NCBI GenBank assembly: GCA_964658305.1
Contig: OZ210885.1
Span: forward strand, 22,444,001 to 22,508,000
Source: Leptogorgia sarmentosa
Taxonomy: Eukaryota
Reading direction: 5' to 3'
DNA length: 64,000 bases
The translations under genes and the position numbers were made by a program. The notes under the pieces were generated by a model. That model was not told where the DNA came from. It worked only from the letters and a program-made list of their open reading frames with translations, and made no database searches. Each line of letters opens with the position of its first letter. Positions within the stretch are counted from its first letter, which is position 1. This document shows positions 13,366-27,150 of the stretch, one piece after another.

Positions 13366-14392
13366 GCAAATTTTTTTTCCGTAGACAGTCGGACCCTTCC
13401 GAGATGGTCGTACCCCTCCTTAGCTTGTGCCCAAAATCATATCGGACAGCGGTTACCGAATAACTTACAAATTAAAATTATTACAGAATAATTATTATAA
13501 ATTAAATATTCAGCATGCTACTGCAATTTATGCAGTCTGTTTGCTCATTTCCTGGTGCGGTTATGCATAGAACATGGCAGCGAGCAAGGAAAACATATCG
13601 GGAGTTTTTAATCAGAATTTGAATCAGAATAGGGCTGATTCTTCGATAAAGTTAACCAGAATAACTGGATATCACGCATTTTACAAAACTGTTTCGGTGA
13701 GTACTTAGATTGCTCTTTTACTACGCTCTAAATCGTTTTTGAAGGCTTTGATAAACAACAAACACGTGGTTTATAATTTATTCGTACCATGTCTGATTTG
13801 TAGGGTCAGATCAAAGATGAAGTCCCTGATGCAGATTTAAGTATGATGAGCAAAACAGCTTCGCGCATGTGGAAAAGATGCTCTTCGTATGTCCATCAAG
13901 TAAGATATAAATTTATAACAAATATGACAAAATGAAATGCTATCAAATGCTATATTGTACTTCTTCACATTTTGGAAATTTAACTTGTGTTGTTGCAGTT
14001 TAAATTTAAGTGTTTTCATAGTGTTGATAAGTGAAGAAGTCATGCTTTTAATGAGCCCCCTCCCCCTTCGAGGATTTTTCACTTACACAACTCCTGTGCA
14101 TTCCTGATGAAACCATCCCAGTGGATTTTTTTTGCTACTGCATATTTACCATTCAAGATATCTTGTTCAATTTGCTATCCACAACCTTGGATAGGGATAT
14201 TAAATGGAATGCCCAATTGAGCTTTTTTTTAAATGTTAAGACATTTTTGAGATGCTCATATCAACATTTTTGAGATGTTCATTACCACATAAATACCTCT
14301 TGGGATTTTATATATCCTGTATTGATGATCCAATAAAATAACATTTCGTCATGACTTTTAATTAATAGGACTGGAAAAAGGAGGCACAAAAA

Positions 14393-14743
14393 ATGACAGA
14401 AGACAGGGATTGTGGAATTGTGGAAAACATCTGCAAGAAATGTGAGAAGTCATTTCCTCGAGCTAAAGATGCGATTTATCATGAAAAGCATTGTGGTGAA
14501 TGTGCATGTGATACCTGTGGAAAAGTGTTTTCAAACAAGTTGTCACTAAGGAGACATAGCCAGACACATGAGGAAAAGAACAAATGTGAATCATGTAACA
14601 AAGCATTTTCCAGCCGAAATTCATTAAAACGACATTTGAAAACGCATAGTAGCAGTCGTGAAAAGAATTTTACATGTCGTTTGTGTGCAGCAAACTTTAC
14701 CACCATGTCCAATCTGAAGAGACATTCGAAAAACTGTTTGTAG
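14393..14743 (+). CDS. C2H2 zinc-finger protein (about 4 fingers) inside the MULE; possibly the last exon of a longer gene
   Basis: CDTC..F..L.RH...H, CESC..F..LKRHLKTH and CRLC..F..LKRH motifs. Confidence 0.8.
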   Translation: MTEDRDCGIVENICKKCEKSFPRAKDAIYHEKHCGECACDTCGKVFSNKLSLRRHSQTHEEKNKCESCNKAFSSRNSLKRHLKTHSSSREKNFTCRLCAANFTTMSNLKRHSKNCL

Positions 14744-15022
14744 CCATTATGCAGACTAATTGATTAAAGAACAAGACTTTAAACATTAAACAGCCATCCA
14801 TTTAGTACATTTGCTGATTGTTTAGAAAACTTTACACCTTCATTCCCCATTTACACAAAGTAATAGAAATGATATTATACAATAGGAATATGCAAAAACC
14901 TTTTGACTTTCTATGCTCTAAATGGATGGTCCAAAAATTTGTTTATTTATAGTTAATACAGTGAGTTAAACAAGTTTGTACTACTATCAGTTCATATTTA
15001 TATTACAATCACAATTCAATGT

Positions 15023-18000
15023 TCATTTATGTTCATATAGCCTTGTTTTGGTAGCCATGTGTCTTCCAGCCTTTTTTGCTACTGGCTCATTTTGTCGCAC
15101 ATTCTCGGCAAAATTGTGTGCACGTTTGGCACGGCCAGCTTGCTTTTGAAATGGATTGTTTCTCACCAGTTGACCTTTGTTTTGTTGTCTTCTTGATCCA
15201 GTTTTATTCTTTCTACGCTTTACTGCTTCTGGCTGCACATGGATCTTACCACGTTTTCGCTTTTTCACAATAGAATTTGCTGTAAGATGGGTATTATATA
15301 CACCCTGTGCACCAAAAGAATGGAAACAAGTTGTCAGCTTGGACCTGGGCATTTTTTTCACTCTGTCTGTGAATTTCAAGACACCTTTCAAAAAGTTTTG
15401 GTCAGCTCCATGCAACTTCCCCTTTAAGATATCTAAGGTTTCCGTCAAGGCTGCAGAGCATTCTTCAACTGAGATCATGTCCTGAGGGATGTCTCTTCTC
15501 GGTAGAGCTAGAAAATAAAATGACACTAAGCATTATTCTCACCAAGTTTATGACCATGCCAGTTTCTGGCTAATATTAATCAGAATACATAATATATTCA
15601 GACCTGTTATGAAAAACATTGTAGCCAATAAAGTTATAAACATCAGTTGCAAGAAGTGACGACCATGCTTATTGCTTAACCATTGAACATACATGAAGTT
15701 TCAGGAGATACATACCTGTCCCTGTAATGTCTCTTTTATCTGTATAATTACAAACATCTGAAGACTGCTCAGCTGAATCAGGGAGGGTCAAAACTTGATC
15801 ATGCAGCCCTTCGTAGTATTGCAATGGTAATGACATCCCAATAGCAATCTGTGCATATAATTGTCTCTGTTCTTTACTGAAAACAGGAAGAAAATTGACT
15901 CCATCTGCCAACTTGTGTGCCCAAAGAATGTATTGATGTTTGCAAGGGGAACCATTTATACCAATCTTGCACTGGCAGATACCAGTTTTCATATCCACTA
16001 GGTACTGTATTCCTTCTGTGGTAATACTTGGTACAAGGAATATCCGGTCACCAATTTCAATGGTTTTCTCCACTGCTAACTTCTGCTCTTCATCATTTGG
16101 GATTTGGAATCCAATTCCACCAGCAGTTTTCTTCTCTTTAGCTCCACCTTGGAATCTTCTGCTGTAAATACCATCGTATTTGCCTAGACAATGTGTAAAT
16201 CAAGTTGCAAAGAGAGAGGTGGATAATTACAGCCAAATTGGATTTTCTCTTTGGAGTAATATAAATATTGCAGCACAATGTTGCAATATTCACAGGTAAA
16301 TTCTTGAAGCATTAATGCAACATTGCTTCACAATATTGCTCGGAAGAGAACATCCAGTTTGACTGTAATATTTATAAGAAAACAAAAGGGTACATTGTAC
16401 AATTACAGTCAATCTGATATGTAATTACCTGATGATACTGACAACACCTTGTCGCGGTAATGTTGGTCAAGGTCTGATGTAAACTTATCGACAAGACCAA
16501 CAACATTAATCTCCTTCTGCCTATTAAGAACCCCATCTTTGATGACTAGAAATTGAGCTTCGCATAGGTTGTTTGTGTTGTTGCCTCTGATTGGTAAGTC
16601 ATCTCTGTAGCAAAGTGCCCAAGCTTCACAATCTTCAAAGACATCTGTTACATACTTTTTGAAATTGGCATACTTGGATGCTACATCACTTGATATAAGA
16701 TTGTCAAAAGAGTCCTGGAGGTCAACCTCGCTTTCAGCATAGAGAATATGTTTAAATGATAATAACAATATAGGTCTATCTTCCATCGTGATCCCATTCT
16801 TTTTCTCGTGCAACCATCGCCAAACTTGTTGAAGAACATGGAATATGCACAGCAACAACACAGAAGTAGGCCAGACTTTTTTCAAGGCTTCTCTCAGTTC
16901 ACTACAGTTGTCGGTCATGAAAACTTTTGGCCCAACTGCACCATAAAATGCTGAATCACCAAGGCAAGATTTCATCAACTCCAGTGCATCTGTAAGTGTC
17001 TGCTCTTTCTCATCACTAGTTATGAAGATGCCTAGGGGCAAAGCGCCACAAACACTATATGTAACCATCACAAATACACGGAGGTTATATTCTTCCATAT
17101 TGCCCGATGAATCTAAGAATGCCAAGTCTTTGCATTGTGGCACCTATGCAAATATACAAATAAACATGTCTTATATCCCTATGCCAAATGGTTATTTCAG
17201 CAATATTTAAAAGTAAAATCTACTCATTTGTAACCATTTTGTGATCAAACAATTAACAATTCAATGGTCCCAGGCAGTTTGCATAATTGATACGACAGAT
17301 ACTTTGCACTAATATAGACACACTCTAGACAAACAATCAGGTCAAGGCTAATACTAAAATCAATACTACAACATTACAACTTTACACATGGCCTTGTTTT
17401 CAAGATAGCTTCTGTGCCAATGAAACCTACCAATACACTTACCAGCTTGTGAACTCGCTTCATCAGTGGTGTTACAATAGCGACAATAAATGGTTGATCA
17501 ATTTCTTCATCGAATTTCTGGTATTTTATTGTGTAGTCTTGATCTTTTTGTTGAAGACATTCAATTCTTTCTTCGAGAGCTGAAAACATGTCAGACATGT
17601 TTCCAGTCCCAAACCGTTCCCTCTTAAACTCAGAATAGATGTCATTGAAATCCTGCCTCCGAGGAGCTATTGAGCGATCCGCAAGTCTCTGATGATATTC
17701 TAGTTCATCTTTGCATTCACTTCTAAGTTGACGAAGGAATTCTCTATATGCTACACCAGGCAACAAACCACTTGCAAACATTTGCTTGATGTCATTTTTC
17801 ACTGATGCTGGTACATCCTTAAAACTAAGTGAGTGTAGTGACTGAACAGAGTGATTGTGGTTCCACTCTATGTCAATAGTAGAGCCAACTTCGTGTACGT
17901 CACGCTTCTTACTTAACCTTACGACAAGGGAAAATGGACAATTGGTATTCTTGAATCGTTTGCTTGGTCGAGACGACAAGATTTCACTTGGATATTGTGT

Positions 18001-18357
18001 GCCTTCATACCTTGTATTGTGATGGCATCGGTAGTATTGGGTTAATATACTTTCTCCGTTTGACTTTGGGCAACCATTTCTTGTTTTAGCAATCCTCAAA
18101 GTTTCATTGTTCTTTAGCCCGTAATTCTGAATGAACTTCGTTATATCTCCTTCGCTTTGCAGATTGGCTTTGATTTTCGCTTTGAACGTTCGAGCAGTTC
18201 CTTGGACGCTGATAATTTCGTAATTTTCTTCTTCGATGGGTAAAACGTTTCTTACACATTCATATAATGTATCGGTATTGTCTTCGCCAGAGAATATATT
18301 TGTTGTATCGTGTATTACTTCGCGAAGAAGGTCGGCAATACCTTCTTCGTTAGCCAT
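15023..18357 (-). CDS. MULE transposase with SWIM finger; exons 18357-17443, 17143-16429, 16183-15716, 15507-15023
   Basis: Motifs W.HNH, FLDSS, FMTDN, LCIFHVLQ, TNNLCEA, CQC..PCKH. GT-AG junctions keep the frame. Confidence 0.87.
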
Positions 18358-18634
18358 ATTCTCTGTATTTTATATTTGTATATTAATTATTAATACCAGA
18401 CAAAAATAAGCATGCGGGAAATTGCAGGTATTGTATCCGCGTGCGTACGTTTATCACAGGTCTGGGCACGAGCTAAGGAGGAGTACGACCATCTCGGAGG
18501 GGTCCGACTGTCTACGGAAAAAAAATTTGCGATGCCGCCATCTTATACCTTTTTAATATTCACGCAATTATACGTAACATTCGATTTGTTTACTACCGGT
18601 TGACAAGGACTTTTCACGTCCTGGGCCCATAACC

Positions 18635-18914
18635 TATTGAAGTTATGGTAATAAATCGAATACCTGAATCCAGTTTAAGTAATCATTTTGTATAATAAAC
18701 GTAACCCTTACAAGAACAAGTAGAAAAAGATATACATATAAAAGCTATATTGTTCCCAATTATATCGTATGTTCAGTGTCACATGACAATAATTAACCAA
18801 TCATATATCTATAAACTATTATGTACTTTAACCTATAATAATCCCGTGATTAAAGTGTGATCATTACATTGATACATTTGAATTAACCTTATATGAAGTA
18901 GTCACTTCTTAACA
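18635..18914 (-). repeat. Copia 5' LTR
   Basis: Adjacent to the PBS; flanked by TSD TTCCA. Confidence 0.97.
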
Positions 18915-19468
18915 TTCCATGCCCGAACATAAAAAATTATGGAATGACTGGCTCGATGGTTACTATTTAGAGCTTCTTGATGGTACTATGAACAGTATAC
19001 CGGAACCTCCAAAGCCTTTTCGGGAAATGAGTGAGGTAGATTTGAATTTGTGGCTTTCCAAAGTTAACTTCGATAAACACAAAAGAGAAAGCGTTAAAAA
19101 GTTCAAGATCAGTAATCCTTCGAAGCAAGAACGTTGCTTAAATCATCAAACTACGAAGACAGATGTTGTCAACCTTCAGTTGTCGTTGGAGAACAATTCA
19201 ACCCTTACAGGTACTGCTGCTATTCTCGAACAGTTTGCTAAAGAATTTTCCATTCCTTGCCCTCATCATTATGAAATTCCCTTTAACAAATCCGAAAAGA
19301 AATATGATCTAAAGTCTGCCCGACTGCAGTATGAATTCATGAGGTCAGTTGACGTGCATAACACCGAAATGCAAGAAATGGAAAAGCAATTGCGATCGTA
19401 TGAAAAACAGATCGATGCATCTACGTATGATGTTAATGATACTGATTCTAACGATGATGACGATGAAA

Positions 19469-22400
19469 GATGTATCTACGTATGACATATAGATATCAAG
19501 ATGGCGGTTGAAGCGGTCGCTCTTAAGAGCGTTCTGCTTGTTTTGGTAATTCTTGCAGTTAAGAAACCTTGCTTTACCCAGAGTAGTTCCTATTGCTACT
19601 GGGAAGTCTCAAAAGATGTTATTCAGCCTAATGAAACATATATTTATCCATCCTTGTGGCAATGTAAGCAAGAAAGATGTCTAGTAGCCAGAAAGGCGTC
19701 TTTGCTTCGTATGTTGTTGCTCTTAGCGGGAGATGTCGAGCTCTGTCCTGGCCCTAATAGAAGCTGCCAAGCGTGTTGGAAGACAATCCGAAAGAACCAA
19801 AATTCAGGTACCTGTGTTAGTTGCCATAAAGATTTTCACTTGAAATGTATGAAAGACGAATTGCGAAATAGTAAGGAACAGTTCTATTGTAATATCTGCT
19901 TTGTTAATACCGACCAGGAATTAGATGAGTTATCGGCACACTATGATGATGGTGTTTTAAACACTTTTATGAAAAAACGGGGACTTAAGTTGCTTCACCA
20001 AAATGTGTATGGGATCATGAACAAATTAGACCAAGTTAAGCTGCTTCTGAGCAACAAAAACGCTCATATATTCGGGTTTTCTGAAAGTCATACAAACACT
20101 TTGATTAGTGACGCTGAGCTTGAGATGGATGGGTATGTTATCGAACGTAAAGACCGAAATTCTGCGGCATGCGGAGGTGTTTTGTGTTATATTCGCGATA
20201 ATATTAACTATCATCGGAGAAAAGATCTGGAAACTCAAGGTATAGAAGCAATTTGGATTGAATTGTTTATCGTAAATTCAAAATCGATTCTTGTTTGTAT
20301 AACATACAGACCGCCGGATTCATCCTCATATCTCGATAAGGATTTTAATTCCAAGTTCGACAATATGCTTGATATAGCCACTAATGAGAACAAAGAAGTA
20401 TTATTGGCGGGAGACTTGATCTGCGATTATCTAGTTCCGGCAAATAATCAAAAACTAAAGGATGTTTTCAGGGTTAATGGTCTCAAACAGCTAATTACCA
20501 CTGCTACAAGAATAACAGCTCATTCGAAAACACTTATCGACTTATTCTTTACAACCCATAAACAGAATATTGCTGAGACTATTGTTTATGCTAACTCGTT
20601 AAGTGATCACGACCTCATTGGAATAATTAGGAAAATCAATATTCAAAAATTCAAACCTTGTAAAATATCAAAGCGTGATTTTTCGAAATACAATACGACG
20701 TCCTTTAAACGAGACTTACTGGACATTGACTGGAACACTGAGTTTTCTGGGGATGATTTAAACCAAGATTGGTGCATATTTAAAGAGAAACTCTCACAAA
20801 TTATAGGCAAACATGCCCCGTTTGTTGAGAAATTAGTTAGAGGACGTGTTTGCCCTTGGCTAACAAAGGAAATAAAGTCTTTGATGAACTCGCGGGATTT
20901 TTATCTTAAACAAGCTAGACGAACCAATTGCGAACAGGATTGGTCGACTTATAAACGTCTGCGAAACTCAGTTACCTCCGCTATACAGGGTGTCTCAAAA
21001 AAAAGGTAATCCAACTTTGACATGCCATTGTGCATTAATTACTGGGTGTACGAACGTGATTTTTGCATGGTCATAAAGATCAAGGTCTTAGCAGTTGAAT
21101 GACATATTTGTTGTACGATATGGAAGAAAATCAGGCAAATGCGAGCGTGTTGAAAAATCTCGGTGAAAAACGCATTCTTTCACCTCTGAGAATTGCAGCT
21201 AAACTTATTCAAAATTAACTCCCTCTGGGACTCGAAGATGACGACCTTCCCTTCAACAATCGACCTGATTATGCATAATTATTAAAAATCCTGATAAAAT
21301 CTTTGTTACCATGACACATTCGCGATGAATTGCATTTTTCTTTTGTTATGCACTGCTTTAATTAGGCACAGAGGTGAAAGAATGCGTTTTTCACCGAGAT
21401 TTTTCAACACGCTCGCATTTGCCTGATTTTCTTCCATATCGTACAACAAATATGTCATTCAACTGCTAAGACCTTGATCTTTATGACCATGCAAAAATCA
21501 CGTTCATACACCCAGTAATCAACGCACAATGGCATGCCAAAGTTGGATTACCTTTTTTTTGAGACACCCTGTAAAGCATAGTAAAGCTAACTTTTGTCGA
21601 AATCTTCTCCATAGTAATGATGAGTCCCCTAAAGACTTCTGGAAGTTAATCAAAACATTATATCCTGTGGGTAACAAAACATCGAAAACACCCTTTTTTA
21701 AAGTCGATAATGAAGTAACATCAGATACCGCAAAAATAGCAAATGGTTTCTGTCATTATTTCTCCACCATTGGTTGCCGTCTACAACAAGATGTTGTGTC
21801 GATCACCGATAAGACCTGGAGATGGGTCACAAATGACAGTTTACTGCGTAGGATTAATCTAACCAACAAATCATTTAAATTCTCTCAAATCCAGTATTCT
21901 ACAGTTGCTAGATTGCTAAGGTCGTTGAAAATCTCCAAAGCTTCTGGCCCTGATAATCTGCCTGCATCTTTTTTAAAAGATGCATCCGAAGAGTTAGCAA
22001 CGCCCCTCTGTATGCTTATCAATCTTAGTTTCCAGAGTGGGATTTTTCCATCAGCAGAAAAATGTGGTAAAGTGATCCCAATCCATAAATCCGAAGATTG
22101 ATCATCCTTTGATAATTATCGACCTATAACACTTCTAAATGCTGTTTCCAAAGTTATTGAAAAGGTGGCCTATGAGCAAATCACAGATTACCTTGAAGAA
22201 AGTAAATTATTGCGTCCCCAACAATTTGGCTTCAGACGCGGAAAATGTACCCAACATGCTGTTACGTATCTTAATGAACATATACGACAAAATATGGATA
22301 AAAGCTGTTGTACTGGAGCAGTATATCTGGACCTAAGGAAAGCATTCGACACGGTTAATCACGCATGTCTTCTAAATAAGCTGCCATATTATGGAATAAA

Positions 22401-23587
22401 AAATAATGAATATCTTTGGATTCAAGATTACCTGTTCAATAGATCTCATTACGTATACTATAACCAAGTAAAATCGGAAAAGGAACATGTACCATATGGT
22501 GTCCCCCAAGGGTCAATTCTTGGCCCCCTCCTGTTTATTATTCAGATTAATGATACGTATTTGGCTGTAAAAAAATGCAACATCTTGATGTATGCCGACG
22601 ATACTGTACTTTATTATTCAGCGAACAGCACTGACGAAATTGAGGAATCTATCAACAGTGATTTAAAACTTGTTTCTCAATGGCTAGTTTCAAACAATCT
22701 GATAGTCAATCTGAAAAGGGGGAAAACTGAATTTGTGTTATATGGATCACCACAAAAGTTATCTCGTCAATCAGAATGCAACATAACAATGAACGCTACC
22801 ACTATTAACCAAGCCAAGGAATATGAATACCTAGGTGTCACTCTGGATAGGCATTTAACTTTGTCTAGTCAAGTATCCAAAGTTTATAAGAGTGTCATCT
22901 CGATTGGGTCAGCTTTCACGAATACGTTCGAACATAAATCCATATGTTGCTGAAAGAATTTATCGAGCAATGATCAATCCAATTATGTTTTACTGCTATC
23001 CTGTGTACCTGGGACTCAGTAACTCAGGCAACTCCAAGTTACAGAGACTCCAAGATAGAGTGGCAAATATAATTGGCCCAAAAAATTGTTTACAAGATAA
23101 TGTCGTAACCTGCCGTAACCGCCGTGTTGTGATAGATGTTTTCAAATCTCTCCACTCACTCTGCCCAAACTTCCCTCATGTGAACTTTGATCGTTTCCAC
23201 CATGGGATTAACACTTGCAACAACAACTCGCGCTTAGTTATACCAAGAGTCAAGACCGAGGCCGGTAGAAAATCATTTTCAGTGCAAGGGGCACTACTGT
23301 TTAATTCTTTAAGCGAGGAAATTAGGAATGAGATTTCCTATATTAACTTTAAACAAAAAGTTAAAACTGTTACATTTTAAATGCTCCTATTTTAATTTTA
23401 TAATGTGTACTTTTTGCAACATTTTATAGACTGTAGTTTATTAACAGACAGTAATGACTGTAGTATAATATTGTTAATAGCTTTTATTCTTAACTTAGTC
23501 ACAGGTCCCTCGTTGATAGCAGGCTATATGTTGCCTGAAGAGGCTAACCTGTATAAATATGTTTTTATAATAATAATAATAATAATA
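19469..23587 (+). mobile_element. CR1/L2-group LINE (2A-like, PHD, APE endonuclease, RT), degenerate
   Basis: Motifs GDVELCPGP, PHD Cys pattern, YRPP, SDHD, GVPQGSILGP, YADD; (TAA)n tail at 23568-23587. Confidence 0.93.
20986..21571. mobile_element. Tc1/mariner-type palindromic MITE
   Basis: TA|CAGGGTGTCTCAAAA...TTTTGAGACACCCTG|TA. Confidence 0.92.
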
Positions 23588-23663
23588 AACACGATCTTCA
23601 GGAACTGTGATTAAGGAAACCGCTCAGCAACAAAAAGACTGAAAGTTCAAAGCTTTGTATGAG

Positions 23664-24920
23664 CAGGGGCGGATCCAGACTGATGCAACAGATGCTTGAG
23701 CAACAGTCAAATTCTGACTGAAAAGCTTTAATTCAAATATATTACATTTTTATTCGCTTTGTCACGACATCGACAAACAAGAATTAACGTGACAAAATAA
23801 AGTCTAATATTGTTTTGTGGTCATTCGAAGCGATAAATTACTCATTATCTTCACTCAATTTAAAGCTTCAATGCCCTTTATGTGAATTACTTGAAGTACC
23901 CTCAGAAAAACACTTCCATTATGCGCGCCCACAGGCCTCAGTGCTCACTGAGCGCGCTATGCTTGTAGAATGATGCATGCTGATGCGGGAACCGTTCACT
24001 TGCAACAGTGAATTCAAACTGACTGATGCAAGCCAATGAGAACAGACTTCTGACTGATGCAAGCCAATGACTTTTCTTCAAAATACGCAATGCTATTGGC
24101 TTGCATCAGTCGACTGATGCAAACCAATAGCATTGCGTCTTGCATGAAAATTGTCGGAATATAAACCCACAGATTAATCACTAACCTGTGATAATACTAT
24201 AGTCTAACTATACTATACTATACAATACTATAATGTCTGAGCGTCGAAGAAAGTCAATCTCGCCAGCCTGTGAGGTAGTGTGTATATCTAAAATATATCA
24301 TTTTAGGTTTCAATTTCATTGAATATTGTGATAATTCACTGGTTAACTCAGGTTAAGTCGTGTGTAGATATTAGCATATAATTATTATGCATGCGATGAT
24401 AATAATATTCGTAAAGGATTTGCAGTATTGGCGCGCCAACAGCGGCGGTTAATATTAACCTTCGATCAGAGATATTCAAAAATATCTGCACAATAGTATC
24501 GTGATTGAGTGATTCTACTTATTTAGGCAAGATATTTTTGTTTGGTCATGGTTATACAAACGTATTTAGACACGACTTATTCAGTAATCGGGCAAGCTGC
24601 CTATGAATGTGAAGCCACCGCGTGGGAAATATAACATTGTTTACATGCTATAGTATTTGTAACGTGAAGTGTCTCGACCTATATAGCGTCATCCTATTGT
24701 TGACATAAAATTGTATCCACATTATTTTTTTCGCTTAATGCGCCTCTATTTTATTCAGTTTGAAAATGCGAATTTCTGCACTAAAGGTTTGCTCAGAACG
24801 CAGGAAATGGCATTTGCAAGGTCCACATTTCAAAAATTTTACGGGGGACCCCCGGACCCCCCTATTTCGGTGAAGGTCTTCTCCAACCATCAGTCAAGAA
24901 ATTGGCTAGATCCGCCCCTG
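23664..24920. mobile_element. Non-autonomous hAT-like element with 5-bp TSD
   Basis: TIR CAGGGGCGGATC..GATCCGCCCCTG; ATGAG duplicated; removal restores the host frame. Confidence 0.8.
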
Positions 24921-24966
24921 ATGAGAGAATTTCAAACATGGCGCAAGACTCCAGTCGTGCAATTAA

Positions 24967-27150
24967 CACTTTCCCTGCCATGCGTTTTACGAAATATGAT
25001 GTCCACTGCCAGGTTTTTAGCGTTTTTTGTCCTTTTTTGTGTCTATAAAAAATATACTTACAAATGAGCAATGCCTCTGAAACTTTGCAAACTTGCAGTT
25101 CTAGATGTCTGCTTTGTTACACTGTAGCATTTGAGTGGTACAAAGCAAAACATCCTTCTTTGCAGAGGGGCACATTGCACTCCTTACAGCGGTATCTTGT
25201 GTCTTTTCTGATATCTGCACGATAGCAAATTCGACAACGCTTTTGTGGATTACGTGTTCTGTTTGTACCTGGAATAAGTTCTAGGTGATGTTTCTTGTAG
25301 CCACCAATAAGTCTTGAGGAAGGATCATGTACTGGGCTCCTCATTGCTAGACTGGGGTTATTTTCACTGTCATCTGACGATGAATCATGATCAACATTGC
25401 ATAAAGCTTTTACAATTGCCGGACATCTTATTTCCTCTTAGGTTGTACAAAATGTGGGCATTATGAATATTGACTTCAAATAAATAAAGCAAGAGCTTCT
25501 TCCACCATTTGTAACCCTTTCTGGTGAATGGATAGTAATCATTTGGTCCATCTTGTCTACACCCGACATGTGCTTGTTGTAGTCACAATTACAAACTGGC
25601 TTGAAAATTTTTTCTGTTTCACCATGCCCTCTTTTTTTCTTCTAGTAATTTCAATCATAGAACCATCATGCTTAGTACTAAGAGCACGAACAGGTTTTTT
25701 ATCCATCCAACAAATAGTCATGACTTTTCCATTGTCTCTAGCAACGGTTTCCCCCCTCATAAGTTTATGACCTTTACTGCCAGCAACACTAACTTCATTT
25801 CCCTCACCTCTATTTGTTCTCATTGTCCCAACTGTATGGACTTGATCACTTAGCAAAGATTCAGCTAGTTCTACACTGTTATAAAAATTATCCATATATA
25901 GGGAATGCCACTTGTGGAGACAGGTATCAAGAAGGCGGCAAATAGTTTCTTCTAACTTCATACCTTTCGAAGCATAAACATCAAGAGCCCAGCAGTAAGC
26001 ATTTGCTGAGTCACACAGTATATAACTTTTGATTCCATATTTTATAGGTTTGTTTTTATTGTATACCCTGAATGATAACCTGCCCCTCCATTTGAGCATT
26101 CCTTCATCGATAGATGTGTATTCACCTGGATTATACATGTCTTTCCATATTTTTCTTAGTAAGTCATAGAGTGTACGAATCTTGTATAGTTTGTCTATAC
26201 AATTGGCAGGTTTATTATTGTTGTCTACACAGTGCAAAAATCTAGAAATTATTTGGTAATGGTTTCTTGACATTGTTTGATTGAAGAAGGGAGTTTGCAA
26301 AGCCTTATCTGTAGTCCAATACGTAGCGATATCACCTTTCTTGTTGATCAATCCAGTCAATAATGTCAAGTCAATCCAAATCTCTATATCTTTTTTTGTA
26401 ACTGGGGACCAACTTGCTGCCCTAGAATATCGCTGAAGCACACCAGTCTTTTCAAAATACTGCTGGGCATATAAATTAGTTTGTGTTACAAAAACATCAA
26501 AAACTTCTTCAGGTAAAAACTTTGTAACAATTTCCATAACATCATCTACATTCTCAACATTGCAAAGTTCAGTTGGGCAGGTGTACCCAAAAATTGCTGA
26601 TTTTCTGGCTGTCTTGTTGCCTCAACCCAAACATAGTTTTTTCTACAACGTTTTTTCCTCTTTATTTGCTTGTTTTTTACGATTTCTAGATCCACCTGCA
26701 GCCCTCTTCCTGCCACGACCACACCCACGAACTGACGTCTCACATGTTGAAGTATTTTCTTCACAAACTCGTTCTTGTCGCTCGTTATTGCCCGAATTTT
26801 CTAAATCGGAATTGTCACTTGCATTACTTAACTCATTTTCTTCTAAATCTGACGCAAATCCCCTCACAGAAGTATTATTTTCTGAATAGTCCGAATCTGA
26901 ATCATCATTTAAATCACTAACATCCGAGAAAGAATCGGCTAAAATTTTGTTTACTTCTTCCAAAGAATAACGCTTTGATGCAGAAGACGCCATTTTTAAA
27001 CAGTTTATATAACATACATTACAAGTAGACCTATAATCTACGCCCAAAATGTCGGAAACAAACGGCAAGTGATCGGCAAGTTAGAAAACTAGCGGTAAAT
27101 TCAAAAATTCTAACCATGACGTTCATAAAAGGCAATTGGGCAGAGAAAGT
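24967..27150 (-). mobile_element. piggyBac transposon with frameshifted transposase (about 26993-25117)
   Basis: TTAA on both sides; TIR CACTTTCCCTGCC/GGCAGAGAAAGT; motifs SIDEGM, KPIKYGIK, MDNFYNS; C-terminal Cys-rich domain. Confidence 0.93.

Larger units (their letters stand above)
13366..18530 (-). mobile_element. Mutator/MULE DNA transposon, apparently full length
   Basis: ~65-bp TIRs GCAAATTTTTTTTCCGTAGACAGTCGGACC; 9-bp TSD GATGCCGCC (13357-13365 and 18531-18539). Confidence 0.93.
9836..18914 (-). mobile_element. Ty1/Copia LTR retrotransposon, internally deleted, with nested insertions
   Basis: 280-bp LTRs at 9836-10115 and 18635-18914, TSD TTCCA, PBS GGTTATGGGCCCAG, PPT TAAGTGGGAG; gene order gag-IN-RT-RH. 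Confidence 0.97.

Noticed and set aside
23611..24966. Kolobok-like element between two TTAA sites
   Set aside because: No matching TIRs; the flanking sequence reads in frame as the Academ-like protein.
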